Source: Trichoplax adhaerens
Taxonomy: Eukaryota; Animalia; Placozoa
DNA: 64,000 nucleotides
Direction: 5' to 3'
NCBI RefSeq assembly: GCF_000150275.1
Contig: NW_002060955.1
Span: 974,287-1,038,286 of the forward strand
Part shown: piece by piece, positions 1-12,451 of the stretch
Layout: every line of letters begins with the position of its first letter
Position numbering within the stretch: position 1 is the first letter of the stretch
Notes under the pieces: generated by a model
Seen by the model: the letters and a program-made list of their open reading frames with translations, nothing else
What the model was told of the DNA's origin: nothing
Databases searched by the model: none
Position numbers and translations under genes: made by a program

Positions 1-837
1 TGGAAATAGTAAAATTTATAAAGTATTTTACTGCGGAAGTAAAGATCTTATAAGTTAACATCGTATCATTTCAGGTTATTTACTATACTAAAATTATAAT
101 CAATCAAGTCAAAGATGGTAATTTTTAAACTGCTTCAACAATGAACATATTAAATGACGATAAATTCAATACTCGAGTTAGTCACAGAATAGGGCAGTGG
201 CAAGATTTTAATATCTATAATTATAGATACAGGTAACTTTTAAATCTTTGGTTATAATATTTATAAAATAAGTCCGATTGGTAGATTATATTCTCTTATG
301 AGTTGTTGTTCTTGAACACCTGAGGTGCTAGCTTTAGCTGATCTGCTCCTAATTGGGTAACATTAATCATATTTAACTGATGTGTTTAGAAGAAGTATAT
401 ATATATAAAGTACTGTAATAAAGTAAGAAATAATTTGGTTATGAATTTCCTTTTAATGTCTTGCTTTGAGTAGAACATGTTCCCGTTCATTTGAATGGGA
501 ACTTTACCACTAGGAGTAATTGTAAATACTTTCATTTAGGCTGCTTTGCTCAAGATGTGTCGTATTAAAGTAGTAGAGCATACAAACACCAGAAGGTCTT
601 GTAATACCATAGGCTCGTCGCTTTTTACATTCATTACGTACTTTAGTTGGCAATAGAATTATACACGTAGTTCTTAGGGAGGTTTATAGTTATCATGAAT
701 GTGCTCTTTTAACAAATATTAAGAAAATTATGCTACAGCATTGAAAATTTTTTGGTTTTAGTACAGTACGTTTTTTTTTGCAAAAGTTACATATTAAACG
801 GAATGCTTCTAGGCAAAAACTTTACATCTATCGTTAC

Positions 838-3800
838 GTGAGTGGCCAGTAAATAATGCTCACTAACATTTGTTCTATTGGTTCTGTGGCGTTATGGCTG
901 CTATCAAACTTCAAATCTGGAGCATAAGATGTCAAATTATGGATCGCGATATAGACTGCTGATTTTGAAGTTAGAACCGCATTAGGCCCCGCAATAACAT
1001 TACACTGTATCCAGTAATGATTATGGTTATAATTAGTAGTGATTGCTGCTAGTTTGACTGTGAAAGATATGCTGATATTCCTATCTTCCATGGATGCATG
1101 CTTAGGTGATGAAGCCATTCCAAAATTTAAAATACCCCTACATTCAAGAAGTTAAAGCGAAATACCAAATTTAATTTTGTAATTTTGAGTGAGCATTAAA
1201 GAAACCGTAACAATGAAAAGTACAATAAAAAGATGAACTTGGCAATACATTACTTTGTCTTAGCTGCAATTGCATCTAGATCATTATTATGGTATGTAAA
1301 TAAATTATTCCATGAATTACTATAGACAGCATTGCCAACACTATCGACTTGTGCATGAACCAGTTCCAAAATTGCTTCACCTCTTGAGGCATATATTTCA
1401 ATAGTGTAATTGCTTGGAATAGGAATAGTTGTGATTTGAAGGTTAAATTCAACTTCTTGTTGTAAGTCGGTAATATTAGTTGATGTGTCAGGGCTTATAG
1501 TAATAATTGGCGATTCCGTATAGTCTATTGGATTGCTTATAGTTTTAGCAAAATATGCAATTGAAGCGACATCAGAGTAAGTTATTTCCAATGAACATTG
1601 CAGCGTATCATTAGGATTAACGATAGGAGAAACTGTCATACTAATCCAACCTACATCAGAAATGAATATAGTGCACATCTTTAATGGTTCAAATTTAATA
1701 GGATGAATTAATTGCTTGTTGGTTTGCTTAAATAAATCCAGATATATACTGTAACATTTATTTAGGAAGATTAATTTTAAGTGGCTCTGCTAACTATATC
1801 AAGCAATCATTTACGAGTATTTATATGCTAAAGTTGGACAATTTAGAACCATTTTATTGCTACAATTTCGAAATAGCTTAGAGAAGAGAAATGATTCAAT
1901 CAATTTATAACTATTTTATCGTCAAATAGATAGGCAAAACTAGTTTAAGTTTTTGCAGTAAATATTCTGAAATTTGTTGTGAGACAGAACAGTTTTATGA
2001 CATTGCATTAACTAACCTGTAATCATTTTGTGAGCGGGTAGATTATCAACTGTGACATAGATGCTAGAGTTGACAATGTAACTGTCAACATCAATAGTTA
2101 TATTACAATCACCACTGGAATTATACTGACATTTCTTATTAGAAATATCCTCAATAGAAACTTGAATAGTGTTACCACCACCGATTTTTGGATTCAATTT
2201 AGGTTTTGGATCAAACAACTGTATCGAGATGTTTTTAGCCATTTTATGCTCCGTTATATTGGTGCAAATTGTGAAGTTAAAATATACAGTATCATTGGGC
2301 TGAAAATCATTCCCAACAGTAAAGGTTGCAAAATCAATTTCTAGATAGTTGTTGCCAAAGTTATTACTTTCCGTAAAGATATCAACTTCTATTCCAGACG
2401 GTGTCGGTGCCTCTGTCGCAGGTTGTACGATATAGAGCGGCCATACCGTAGATTCGATTGATGAAGCTCCAATAGATATTGAAGTAGTGCTGTCTGGGTT
2501 GAGTTTATTAGTAAATGAAGGAGAAATGGAAAATTGAGATTGAACTTGATTCCATGCTACAATAGAATTTGATACCATACTTGTTGCAGTAGTTGCCGAA
2601 GAAGTTGAAAGCGATAGCTGCGCAGTTTGCTCACTAATAGAACTAGAAAGAAGAGCAGAAAAACTTGTAAAACTAATTGAATTAATCAGATTGCTGGTTA
2701 TCTGCGCTGTTGATTCTGTATTGAAAGATTGTTTAGCTGATATTTGATGGGATAATTGTCCGCTTAATTCACTTAAACTCGATACTGTTAATGCGTTATT
2801 ACTTATAGAACTACCGACAATTGTTGTAGCAAAAGTTGTCATGCTAGTGGCCCCAAGAGAAGAATCATCAGTTGTAGACGCAATGATGTTACTTAGAATG
2901 GATGTAGCTGAAGAAATAGCGCTGTTACTTTCTAATGAAGATGAATCAGTATTTAAAATATCTGTTGATTCACTGTTCGTAGTGTTAGTTGACATCGCGG
3001 ACGAGAAAAGATTAATTTTATTTATCGATGGTGATATTTCAATGTTGCTGGTGGTTTGAGTTGCTTCATTGATTTCAGGCTATGACAAAAATCATTAAAT
3101 TGATATTCGGCAATTTATTTGTTATGCAAAAGCTATCTTAAAGCATTAATTCAAATTTTAGATTAGATTTTCTGGCTTAAAACTATATAGTAAGTACGGT
3201 TATACTTTCGGATCTTATTTGGATACACGGTCTAATAGCTTAGCCAATGATAAATTCTTGGCAAGCATTTATGCTTATGATACCATTAGTAATGGATTTA
3301 CTTACCTCTGGATCACTATAGTATATGAAGCTGGTAGTTACGGATTTCGAAATACCAATAGCAGGCTTTACTTTTATATCAGCGTAAAATCGGGTATTAT
3401 TAACAATACTTGCATTAGATAACACTGATAGATCGATAGCTACTCTAAAAGTAGTACTGACAATCTCTTCTACCTGTATACTATTAGAAACAAGGCGCAG
3501 ATTGATACTAGATTGCCAGTTAAGATTGGAAACATTTGATGGTATCAATTTTACTGGAAATATGGATGAAATATTGATGCTTTGATCAGTTTCTGTTACA
3601 GTCATATTATTCACAGATAGCATTCCTTTTCCTAATTGAAAAGGAAGATTCACTGAAATGGTTAAGTTATTAGTAGACGATTTTGGAAGAGCAATATCAG
3701 CATTGATAGTGATGTTTTCGCCAGATGTAAGCACTGTTGTATTAGTGTTAGCAGTGATGTTCAAAGTGTTTGTGGTGTTGATTGTTGTAGATAGTAGCAT

Positions 3801-6800
3801 GCTTGATATTTGCTCACCATTTATTGTAAGGTATTTGACGTATACCTTGGGCTGTATGCTACCGAAATAGCCGAAATAAGGCGTTAGTAAGATTGATATT
3901 GAGCCAGAAACAGTAGAGCCTATGTCCACGATGTCAATGTTACCGTAAATCTGTTTGGTGTCCTGAAATATATAATAAAGATAGGGCGTACACATTTGAG
4001 GCTGTGTGGTCAGGGAATAATTGAAGGTATTAGGCACTGTTGTAATAGCATCGGAACCAAAATAAGTAATATTAAATTGATAGATGGGTGTTATGCCGGT
4101 ATTGACAGCAGTGTAATTATAGAGTAAAATATCCCCAGCATTATAGTTCAAATTTGTATCGTTGAGGCTTTGTAGCGTGAGAGTAACTGTAGGTGGTGCC
4201 TAGAAGTGCATAAAATAGAGTAAGTTGTTAGATTTTAGTTGCATCGGATTTAACAATAATTGTCGGTAAAGTATAGCTATTGCGAGGTAACGGGCTGATC
4301 TCAGAACAATTTGAAAGCAATTAAGAAAAGTATAAAAATAAGTTTAGTAAAATCAAATAAACCTATCGGTACGATTTTAGTATTTTTAAGCCTGATGGGT
4401 TATAAATTAAAATCAGAATAATACATATTGAAGGCACTCCTCAAAAATTTTTTGGAAATATTGGAATTATGCACAGTGCTTTATCAACGAACAAGAAATT
4501 TAAAATTTACAAATTGCAGTATGTCGTAGTCACTATGACATCATATCAAATCATTTGTTAGAACAACCACATTAATAAGCATTTGAGCATTACAGGAAGA
4601 GCTAAACTTAAAATTAGAATTTTAATTTTCTTATAAGCACTTATTGGTTAGAACAAAATCTTTACTAAAGTCAAATTAGTGGACAGTTTTGAGACTTTTG
4701 TTTTAAAAATTTTAACCTCTCACGATATCAACTAACCTCTTGGCGAACTGTATTGAAAATTGTCAGACCATGCATGCCAGTCCAAATTGTTTCATTTAAC
4801 GTAATAACACTGACAGCTATCCATTGCGTGCTGTTATTAATAACATATGTAGTATTTAAATAGGTTAGCGTTAAAGTGGATAGTAATTTGTCCGTTAGCA
4901 ACATTTACTCCTTGCTGCAATTCAGTACTTTCTGTATTCGTTACATTACCTATCACATCAACAATAAGTAAATAAGATAATTAATATTTTAACATAGGTA
5001 CTCTGTTATCTGATAGAGGCATCACGTTTATCAGTATTTATTCACCTAAATCTAATGTAATCCGATCGGCTTGTCCTCCTGAGAACGCGCTATGGAAGAT
5101 TGCTTTCGACGAATCGCTTATTACGACAGGTGTTACTGCAGAACCAACACTAGCTATTTCCAATGTATCCATTTGGACTTGTGTATGATTACATATTGGC
5201 AAAGCATCGATTTCAATTGAAATTGGCACAGTACCATTTCCCAATTGAACAACCAGTTCATAAGATATTTGTTGACCTGCTTCAACAGTGGTAATGTTGC
5301 GGATAGGCTGCAGTTCGATTGACGGCATTGTAGGATCCTATAATTAATCATAATTAGTCTTACTAAAACCTGTTACAGAATATTAGTTATTGTAATAAAT
5401 GCTCGATAAGGTAAATTAATTGTGTTGGTTATACGTTATTGATACTCAGTATCTTTACGCAAATATTAGGATTGATACATGATATTGAGTATTTTTTGGA
5501 CTGGGAGTTAATCTTATAGAAGAGTTAAGATATTATAGTATTAAGATATTAGTATAAGATCATTAGCTTATAATACCTATAAATACCCTGACCACATCAA
5601 AAAACAATCTAAATGGCTCATGATATCTATTCTGAATTTCCAATATCTTGTTTGTAGTTTAACATTTTAGTATTTTACTGATGCTTTAATCGTTTTTAAA
5701 CTAAAGAATAGAACTAGGTCGCAGACATGAAAGTTCTTCACTAGCGGTTAGATTTTAGAAACAAATTTTAGGAAATGCCGTATATCACATAAATTGCCGC
5801 TGATATAGAATCGTAAGTAGAAATTTGCAAGTTAAGTTAGTATATCACAGATTAGAATCTATCCAACACAGTTTTTAATATTTTGCTCATTTATTTTGTA
5901 ATGGACGCGTATTTATAATTGAATGGTCGCTTAATACGTATAATTTCTCATGCATTCAGAGGTAAAGTTAACATAATCTTTAGAATATAATATTCGAAAC
6001 GCAAAAGGAATGGATCGTTTCGGGGTTCATCTAAATTTAAAATTTAAGACGATGTGATAGATTTCTTGATATAGCTGTAAAATCAAGCAAGTGTCCGCCT
6101 TGCTGAAACTAGTATATCGTATTAGTAAATTTCAATTTCATGATAATTATTTCAACATTAGATTCCGATGTTACTATCAATGTTGATTAATCAATACCGT
6201 AATATGTACAGTATATCAGTAACGATTTCTAATTTAAGAATTTTTTAGTAATTGACTATTCGAACCGTTTCGCTGATATTAAAAGTTGCAGATCTACTGC
6301 TTAATGGAGTTAAAGGTTTATGATCTCTTAACAGTGTTATAAGTATGCATTAAGTTACTGTTTATTATAAAGTAAACCTACAATTGATAGCGGAAGACTT
6401 CGTTTCCAGCGGTGATGGACTTGCTGCCTTTCGTCTTCATATTGATAGTAAACGTATAATTTAAGGGTTATTGGTAGCCGAGTATTCTCTGTGCCTTCTT
6501 CGACGCCAATTAGTAGTTTATCTTGATAGCGATGTATTAGCTGTTTATCTATTTTGTAGTAAATTTCTCCCGTTTGAGGATTAATTCGAAATGGTGAATT
6601 TTCGTCGACGATGAAATATTTTAAATTTTGACAGCCGCAAGAGTTTTCGCAGTTATAATTAGGTTGTATTTGAAAGAAAGCTTGTCCATGCTGCAAAGTT
6701 TGGATCGATAAACTGGTATAGAAGGTGCTATTCTTAATTGCTACAATTAATTTTCAGTAAGGATGTTGTAAGTTAATATATACATATATATACAAGTTTA

Positions 6801-7367
6801 ATCCTCTCAAAATTTTTGGCACAATTTAGCTCAATATGGATGCTGCATTAATCTATTATTCTTATTTAAAATACTATGGCGATTTAATACTTATAATACC
6901 TGACAATTGGCAATTTTCTCCTATGAAGCAGTTATTGCAAATACATTTGCCGTTTATACATCTTCCGTGAATACATTCCTGATCAATCGTTCTATCAACG
7001 GCAATTTTACGCAAAAATAAAATAAGAGGTTACAGGATTTCAGCGTTGTTGTTACGGGAATTAGATATTTCTTACTTATAGCAGGAATTGTTACAAATAT
7101 CACATTTTTCCGCAAAAGTACTTTCGTCTTCGTTTAGGATCTTTCGGCAATTACATTTTTCTGAACAAGTACTAAGTTTATTTACATGGCATATTTCACT
7201 GGCGAAGGCTGTCAAATAAAGTTAAAATAAGCAAAATTTCATTTCACTTATATTGAAAATGATACTAGTAATTAAATATTGTCGTCTAGTTTTGATATAG
7301 ATTACTTACTTGGTGAGTTAATGTAGATAATTAATAAGAGTAGCAAAGATCGAAAAAAGTAAGTCAT
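838..7367 (-). CDS. Large secreted multidomain protein (signal peptide, Cys-rich + EGF-like, cadherin-like domain, furin site, repeated beta-sandwich-like units, Ser/Thr-rich tract); multi-exon; 3' end uncertain; contains an apparent frameshift
   Basis: Manual exons with GT-AG ends: 7310-7367 (MTYFFRSLLLLLIIYINSP), 7076-7208, 6900-6991 (ECIHGRCINGKCICNNCFIGENC), 6382-6740 (YFIVDENSPFRINPQTGEIY...HHRWKR), 5046-5337, 4737-4949, 3306-4199, 2017-3079, candidate micro-exon 1815-1827, 1254-1748, 838-1137. Phases are consistent except for one +1 shift near 4860. About 1300 codons in total. A possible terminal exon lies at 261-348. Confidence 0.75.
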
Positions 7368-10300
7368 TTCGAAAAGCTAGATAAGATGTTCATTAATAGC
7401 GAAAGAATTCCGTAAGCCAATTTACAGTTCAAAAATAGTAGCAATCAGAGAAAAATGCCATTGCCACAAAATAAGTATATCGCGGTGCACCTGCCAGCTA
7501 GGAATATTATTAATTCATGACGATCGCTAAAACAAATCATAATTAATGCATAACCCAGTAATACAGATAGAAATTCTTTTCATTTACGCATTGAAACCTT
7601 TGAAAAATAAATTAAATGTTGATAATAAATGCTTTAGATTACGATAGAATTTAAATAATATTAAAATTTCAAGAATAAGTAGATTGAAACTATAAGCTAC
7701 AAATTTCGACATATTTGATGATGTATTTGTGAAACTAATTTGCTAGTTTTCTGGTATTTATAGCCTAAAATTTTCTTTTTCATTCTTTTCGTAAGCAGTA
7801 ATTTTATAGTAAGATAGATTTCCGCGCGTCTTAAATTTAAAATATTATATCTCGGTTTCAAAAATTTCATCGCATAATTTTATAAAGTATCAGCTTTTTT
7901 AGACTTATTTATTACCAAATAAATCTTCTATAAATAATTGATTGAATAAGCATTTAGTTTCATTTATTAGTCTGTAGGTGAGAACGACTAGACGGTATCA
8001 AATTAGATGAATTCTTAAGAGAATTGCAATCATTGTCCATGCAATTACTGTTTAAAGTAGGTAGGTAGCAAATGAAGAACTGTTTACATTAAATTGCCAT
8101 ACGTAATTTTACCTCAGATAGTACGATAAATTGAAGTGTGCATTATACGATATAAAAGCATATAGGTACGTATATAAATGTATTGATATTAATAATCTTT
8201 ACTTTAGATGTTCACAGTTCTTTGGATTTCGAGCAAACTTGTGACAATACGTAAGTTTTATTCATCTATATAAAGAAACGATAGAGAACTACACAAAATT
8301 TACCTATGAATTCCTGCTATTTCCTACGACTAACATCTATCCTGTAAAATATAACGGACAAGAAATGTTAGTGGATAAAACTATTAATTTGGGAAATGAA
8401 TGTTTACATCAATTATTACAAACTAGGAATAATTACCAGTAACGCAATAAATTAAGATAATTAATATTTCATTCCGCCTAATTAAAAATTCGGCTTTAAC
8501 TTAATCTATCTTTTAAATAGCCAAAATTTATAGGCTCATATGATACAATTCACTTATCAAGTGGCTCATCAATCCGCCGTAGGAATGAAGATTAACTCTG
8601 TTAATGTATTCTGTTAATATAAACCATTGTAAAGCTACGCTCCTAGCAAACGAATGAATACGCTACTATTTACATATTATTCTACAACAAAGTTTAGTGG
8701 TTGCAATTAATGCTATTCTAGGCCTAGTTTGTTAATTTGAATTTTGCTTGGTAAAATTTTTTTAAAAGGGAAATTGCTTTACCAAGCATTTCCATCAATA
8801 TGAATATTTGACACTAGCAAATGCTGATATAACCTTTCGCTACGTTGGCTCGTAGAAAAGGAATTTTAAATTACCAGCAGCTACTTTTATAACATAACGA
8901 GCATGGGTATGCAGATAGCAATAGGATGAAGCTAAAAAGTGGCTATAAGATCTAATACAAAAACGTGTATAGTTAGATGTAACCGTTTAAATGATTCAAT
9001 TCGCTTTGCCGAAGTAAGTTTTGGTAAGCTGTTTCAGCCAACAGAACGTTAAGGTTTGCTGTTTAGAGTCCAATTGATTTTAGTCGTTAGAACTATTTTT
9101 GTAGTCTATAATATACATAACATATAGTTATATAATCTTGTGGATGCTCTCTGCAATGAAGATTTTAAACAAGATTGATTGAACCGTCGTATTTCGGGAT
9201 TTCAATATTGTTCCCGTTAGGGCTTTCTCGACCAGAAATAGATATTGTTTTGCTTTCAAATAAGATACTACCTTGCTGAAGGCAAGAAATAGTAAGTAGA
9301 CCTGAATCATCAGATAGAGAATATGTAAGGCTAACAATAATTTAGATACGTTTAGTATACAAAAACTTCAAGTTGCACAACGATTTCTATTCCCAACTAA
9401 GAATATCGCTTGTTAATTTATTGTTATGATGGGAATCCTTGTCAAATACGGTAAATATCCTTTAACGCTGGTCATTCCACTTTATCCCTTGGCGAGGTTA
9501 TGACCACAACGAAGCATACTTATATAGGGTACTTTAGCATCTGCTAATACAGCTTATAATTAACATGCTAGATATTGGTATAGACAATGAACCGGTCATA
9601 AATGACAAAAAAGAACATGCTGATTGATTACTGTTTACAATATATCCTTTTACATTTAGTCACAAAGTATAGAATCCCATTCTCTGTCATGTAAAAATTC
9701 ATATTTTAAGGTGTTTTGTAGGGAAAAGATTTGATCATGCTAGCCAAGAGTTAAAAATATTGCACAGTAAGCCTGTTTATTAGGTTTATACTCGACATTT
9801 ACCTGCAGTATGACTCTATTTATTGACGATGTCCTGATAGTCAGGATGCTACAGTAAGCCACTAACTAGTCTCTTTTGGATAAAACTGAACTCAAATTTT
9901 ATTGAAAACCAGTTAATATCAAGTGAAAGTACATAAACATTAAAATCATTTCTTATCAGTATATAGATAGTATTACCAAACTATACAGTTATTTTAATGA
10001 TTCAGTAAATATAATAGATATGATAAAATCCTTCTAATAAGATATCTAAGAAACTAGTTTAGGGCTACTATGTAAAAGTTACTCCGTGGCAGCACTTTAA
10101 TTTACATTTATAACCCTACACTAGTTTAATTAATTCAAGATTACCATGTGATACGCTGTTGTAGATGAATACCTAGATAAAGTGTCTCAAAAATAGCTTT
10201 TATGATACACTAATAAACTATATCACACTAGGGAACATTTATTCTCGCGCTTAGGAAATTGCGTGTCTATTAGCAAATACTACATACGTATAGTAGTTAG

Positions 10301-11412
10301 GTAATGAATATTGCCTGACCTTACTAACAAAGTAGTAAAGTTAAAAACCTCTAATTAATACAATTTATGACGACAATTGGATCCTTAGATGGTCATAAGA
10401 CGTTGACATTTATAAATTTGTTTATTTGAATAAGATTATATCTGAAGAACTTGCAACATTTCTGCATATTTTCTCTGTCTGTAGCTCCGCCTATTCCTTC
10501 CTTCCAATCCTATTCGTATAAGGTTTATTGCGCTACCACAGAGTTTTTAACGAGTCCTATGCAGTATATGATCGCCGATACTGAACGCTATCATGAAACA
10601 TAAATTTAATTTAGCTACAGCTGCATTTCTACATAAGTTAATAAATAAATTTAAAATCAATGGTTCCGTATGAGATTAACAGTTAACACAAAGGGATCTT
10701 AGCTAGCTACGAACTTTCAAAATTGAAATCCTAGAAAATTTCTTTAATTTCTTATCCAAAATTCATAGAATTTTATGCCTCACTAATCACCTGGTGTTTC
10801 TATCAATATTTTTACTTTTATTTATTATTTTTAAATCACCAGCGAATTTTAATTATATTGATTACTCATAGATTTGTATTAAAGTTTATAATAGATGGAG
10901 GGAAAAAGCTTGACCATCAAGTAAGAAATTAACGCTTAAAACACCTTGATTTGCGTAGTAAAAGGACGATGGTGTCTACTTGATCTCACCTTCTATCCTT
11001 CTATATGGAAAGGTTCCTAACTACTGTATGTGCCAATAGCATTATAGTTTACCAATGTGATTAGAAATGTGTGATTCGGTATATCTTGCGATATAATTTT
11101 TAAGCAAATATTTTATAAAAAGCTCCAGTGACGCTGATATCGCAAGATGATCACACCTAAAGACTTAGGATTTAATCCTCTAAAATATTTGATATCGCCA
11201 GCACATTTGCATAATTTTATGATATTGACGATAGCAATCTATTCAGTATTGCAGCATGCGATGACGCCCTAGGATCAAAGTCAACAAGTTATCACTAGTA
11301 CTTGCATCCAGAAAAGCAAATAGGCCACAGTAAAAATACCCTAACTATTACTGAGTTTACTCTCATTGCAGACATCAATTTGGGCGTTGTATTAGGCTTT
11401 GAATTAAATTGG

Positions 11413-11644
11413 GTAAGAAATTCGTAGATATAATTCTAAATTCTTTAAAATACAAATCGCTATCTACATCAGACCATACTGGTTACTACGAATATTTTTC
11501 GATTTTTTTCTCCTTTAGCTCATATAAAATTGTTTAGTTTTCACTTAATTTTATCCGTACGTAGTTAATATATTTAACGTGGCTTCAAATTAGCTTTCAA
11601 CTTTCATAACGAAGTTTGATCACGTTTGAATTTTAATTTTATAG
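11413..11644 (+). other. Probable 5'-UTR intron of the tropomyosin-like gene
   Basis: Donor GG|GTAAGA at 11413. T-rich acceptor ttttaattttatAG ending at 11644, 15 nt before the ATG. Confidence 0.45.
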
Positions 11645-11659
11645 AAAAAAAAAAACATA

Positions 11660-12451
11660 ATGGACAACGGCTATTCACACAGAATTACTGATTTACGGAA
11701 ACAACTGAGCACACTAACTGAACAATTAGATAGCTCGGAAAAAATGCCAGCATCGAAATGCAAACAGCTAACACTCAGCTTAAAAGAAGTTATTAGTTTG
11801 GCTAAGGAATTACAGGATGATATCAATGAAGATTCAAGGAAAGCGGAAGATATCAGTAAGGGCTTGGAATTCGATATGACAAGCTGTGAAAAACGATTAA
11901 AACATTTAAGAGCTGAATTAGATAAAGCTAACACCGGAATCGAGCAGAAGGAAGAACTTGTTCAGCAAAAGTTAGCTACATTGGAAGGTACCAGAACTAG
12001 AGCAGAGGAAATGCACCAAGGATTAGAGGGGATTGATGAAGAAGAAAATAAACTTCGCGATCAGTGTCGGAGTGAAAAGCAAAATTTAGATCGAGCTGAA
12101 ATTGCCGTAGAAGGGCTTAATCGCAGTTTGCAAGCGTTACAATTTCGCATGGACCGAATTAAATCCAGACGAATGACGGCTGAAGAGAAATTGGGTCGTT
12201 ATGGTGATGATACCGATGGAGCAAAGTTATCCAAACGGGCACCTAACGATAATGATTCCGAATCTCAGCAAGGAAATTTCGAAGAAGCTGAAACATCTAT
12301 GAATGAACTAATTGATAAATTAGCAAAAATAATGAGACGTTGGGAAGAATTGGAACGAAGAAAGAAATTCTTGCAACTTCAAATTGATAGGGTACAAGAA
12401 ATAACGGATAATATTAAAACTAAAGTTTCCGATATTGATGCCCAATTGTAA
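11660..12451 (+). CDS. Divergent tropomyosin-like coiled-coil protein, single coding exon, 263 aa
   Basis: Heptad-rich ORF, colinear by eye with vertebrate tropomyosin: KRLKHLRAELDKA ~ RRIQLVEEELDRA; LIDKLAKIMRRWEELERRKKFLQLQID ~ [27 protein letters not shown]. Confidence 0.75.
   Translation: MDNGYSHRITDLRKQLSTLTEQLDSSEKMPASKCKQLTLSLKEVISLAKELQDDINEDSRKAEDISKGLEFDMTSCEKRLKHLRAELDKANTGIEQKEELVQQKLATLEGTRTRAEEMHQGLEGIDEEENKLRDQCRSEKQNLDRAEIAVEGLNRSLQALQFRMDRIKSRRMTAEEKLGRYGDDTDGAKLSKRAPNDNDSESQQGNFEEAETSMNELIDKLAKIMRRWEELERRKKFLQLQIDRVQEITDNIKTKVSDIDAQL

Noticed and set aside
2162-3870. Plus-strand ORFs overlapping the secreted-protein exons
   Set aside because: Antisense shadows of the minus-strand coding exons.
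4854-4860. TTTAAAT slippery heptamer at the frameshift as programmed -1 frameshifting
   Set aside because: The required shift is +1 and the heptamer is in the wrong phase for -1 slippage. No downstream structure is evident.
8118-8250. Two exon-like segments on the + strand (8118-8165, 8208-8250)
   Set aside because: The intervening intron would be only 42 nt and the first segment has stops in all frames. No support without transcripts.
12100-12330. Internal deletion in the tropomyosin (GLNRSLQAL read as the LNRRIQL motif)
   Set aside because: A colinear, nearly ungapped alignment fits better. The resemblance reflects tropomyosin's internal periodicity.
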